This document shows, in pieces, positions 62,774-64,000 of a stretch of DNA of 64,000 bases. The position numbers and the translations under genes are program-made. The DNA lies in assembly GCA_951406725.2 (NCBI GenBank), contig OX597817.1, positions 17,050,001 through 17,114,000 on the forward strand, written 5' to 3'. Positions within the stretch are counted from its first letter, which is position 1. Each line of letters begins with the position of its first letter. A model generated the notes under the pieces. That model had not been told where the DNA came from. It was given only the letters and a program-made list of their open reading frames with translations, and searched no databases. This DNA is from Octopus vulgaris. Taxonomy: Eukaryota.

Positions 62774-64000
62774 CATCCATCCACTCCCCTAATTTACTGA
62801 GTATTTTTTTCTTTCTACTAGCCAATACAAAACTAATATAATATTCACATGCACATTTATGTCACATATATATATATATGTGTGTGTGTGCATGTATGTA
62901 ATCATTTTGACATGTTTACATAGGTCATACAAGATTCGCTGAGGCAATTTTTTTCCAGCCAGGTGCTCTTTCTGTTGCCAACCTTCACCTGTTTCCAAGC
63001 AAGGTCATATTTTCCCCTTGTTTGGACATTTTTTTTTTCACAGAATATTTCTAACAAATGATACTGTTAGTATGGCAATGCCATTTGTTTACAATTAGTA
63101 TACAATATCAAAACAAAGGGACACACACACACATATATACATACATAAATATGTACACACACACATACATGCATGCACAACGGGCTTCCTTTCAGTTTCC
63201 ATTAACCAAATTCACTGGGTTATTATTATACTATATGATTTTGATGTGTGTCCAATTGTTCGAACAAGTGGACAACCTACTCATTGAATAGGCATGGAGA
63301 ATGCCTGAGTATCTCACAGACTTACATACCTTTGTAATTCTCAATAAAATTAGCATAACAGTGTAACAAGGCTGAACTTTTGAGTTACCATCCAATGGAC
63401 TTGTACACAGTTTCTGTTTACCCGAATACCCTACAAAACTTGGGTTAACACAAGGGAATGGTAAAGGTACTGCTGAAGTGCCACACTTTGGAATTGAACC
63501 CAGGACTTCATGGTTGCACTCATCATATGATTGTGTGTGTGTGTGTGAATTTTTAGATTCATGCTAGTACAATACAATTTACCATTTAGAATTCTAGTTA
63601 TGATATACAAAATTGTAAATGATTGATATTATTAAATTTTACAAATGTATATAAAGTTGTTGATTTTGGTTTTACGGGGAGTTTTTGCTTCAATCTTAGT
63701 AATAAAACATATGGTAGTTGACCTGATTCCTGTACATCACCAAAAAAATAAAAATTAATATCACACTACATGCTGCTATAATAAATATTTTCAGCTTCAA
63801 AAACATCAAGGTACAGCTATTTTGTCAAATTATTTGATACTGGCAAGATTTGAAATCTAAAAGAAAAATGTGGCATTGAATAAAAATAGCTTTCTAAAGC
63901 CTGGAAATCTGGCTCTTTTACTCTACTCTTGTACCATTTCTTACCATGATTGTAAAATGTAACTGAAACGTTCTTTTTAAGACTGATCTTTGTTGTTGTT

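Overview
AT-rich, repeat-dense animal genomic DNA. The SINE families, (TA)n/(CA)n microsatellites and gene structure point to a coleoid cephalopod, most likely Octopus (an inference). The only recognisable host gene is a TNFAIP8/TIPE-family gene on the + strand: its coding exon is 55808-56382, and a candidate upstream exon (48339-48419) would supply the A of a split A|TG start codon. The rest is mostly mobile DNA: (1) a nearly intact, full-length CR1-clade LINE (~40670-44780, minus strand) with a PHD-like/polyQ ORF1, APE and RT, broken only by about three 1-nt indels; (2) a chimeric LINE remnant (24001-26030); (3) RTE fragments and many 5'-truncated RTE tails carrying tandem pseudoknot-like units; (4) at least four tRNA-derived SINE families; (5) two non-autonomous Helitrons; (6) piggyBac-, pogo- and Merlin-like MITEs; (7) local tandem and inverted duplications. 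The most notable unexplained signal is a set of minimal type I hammerhead ribozyme motifs with palindromic stem III, in Penelope-like inverted pseudo-LTRs next to (TA)n tracts: 45255-45308 (+), 59610-59698 (-), degenerate 15682-15752 (-) and a half motif at 62460. Most ORFs in the supplied track are microsatellite or SINE artefacts. Repeat boundaries were read by eye and are approximate.
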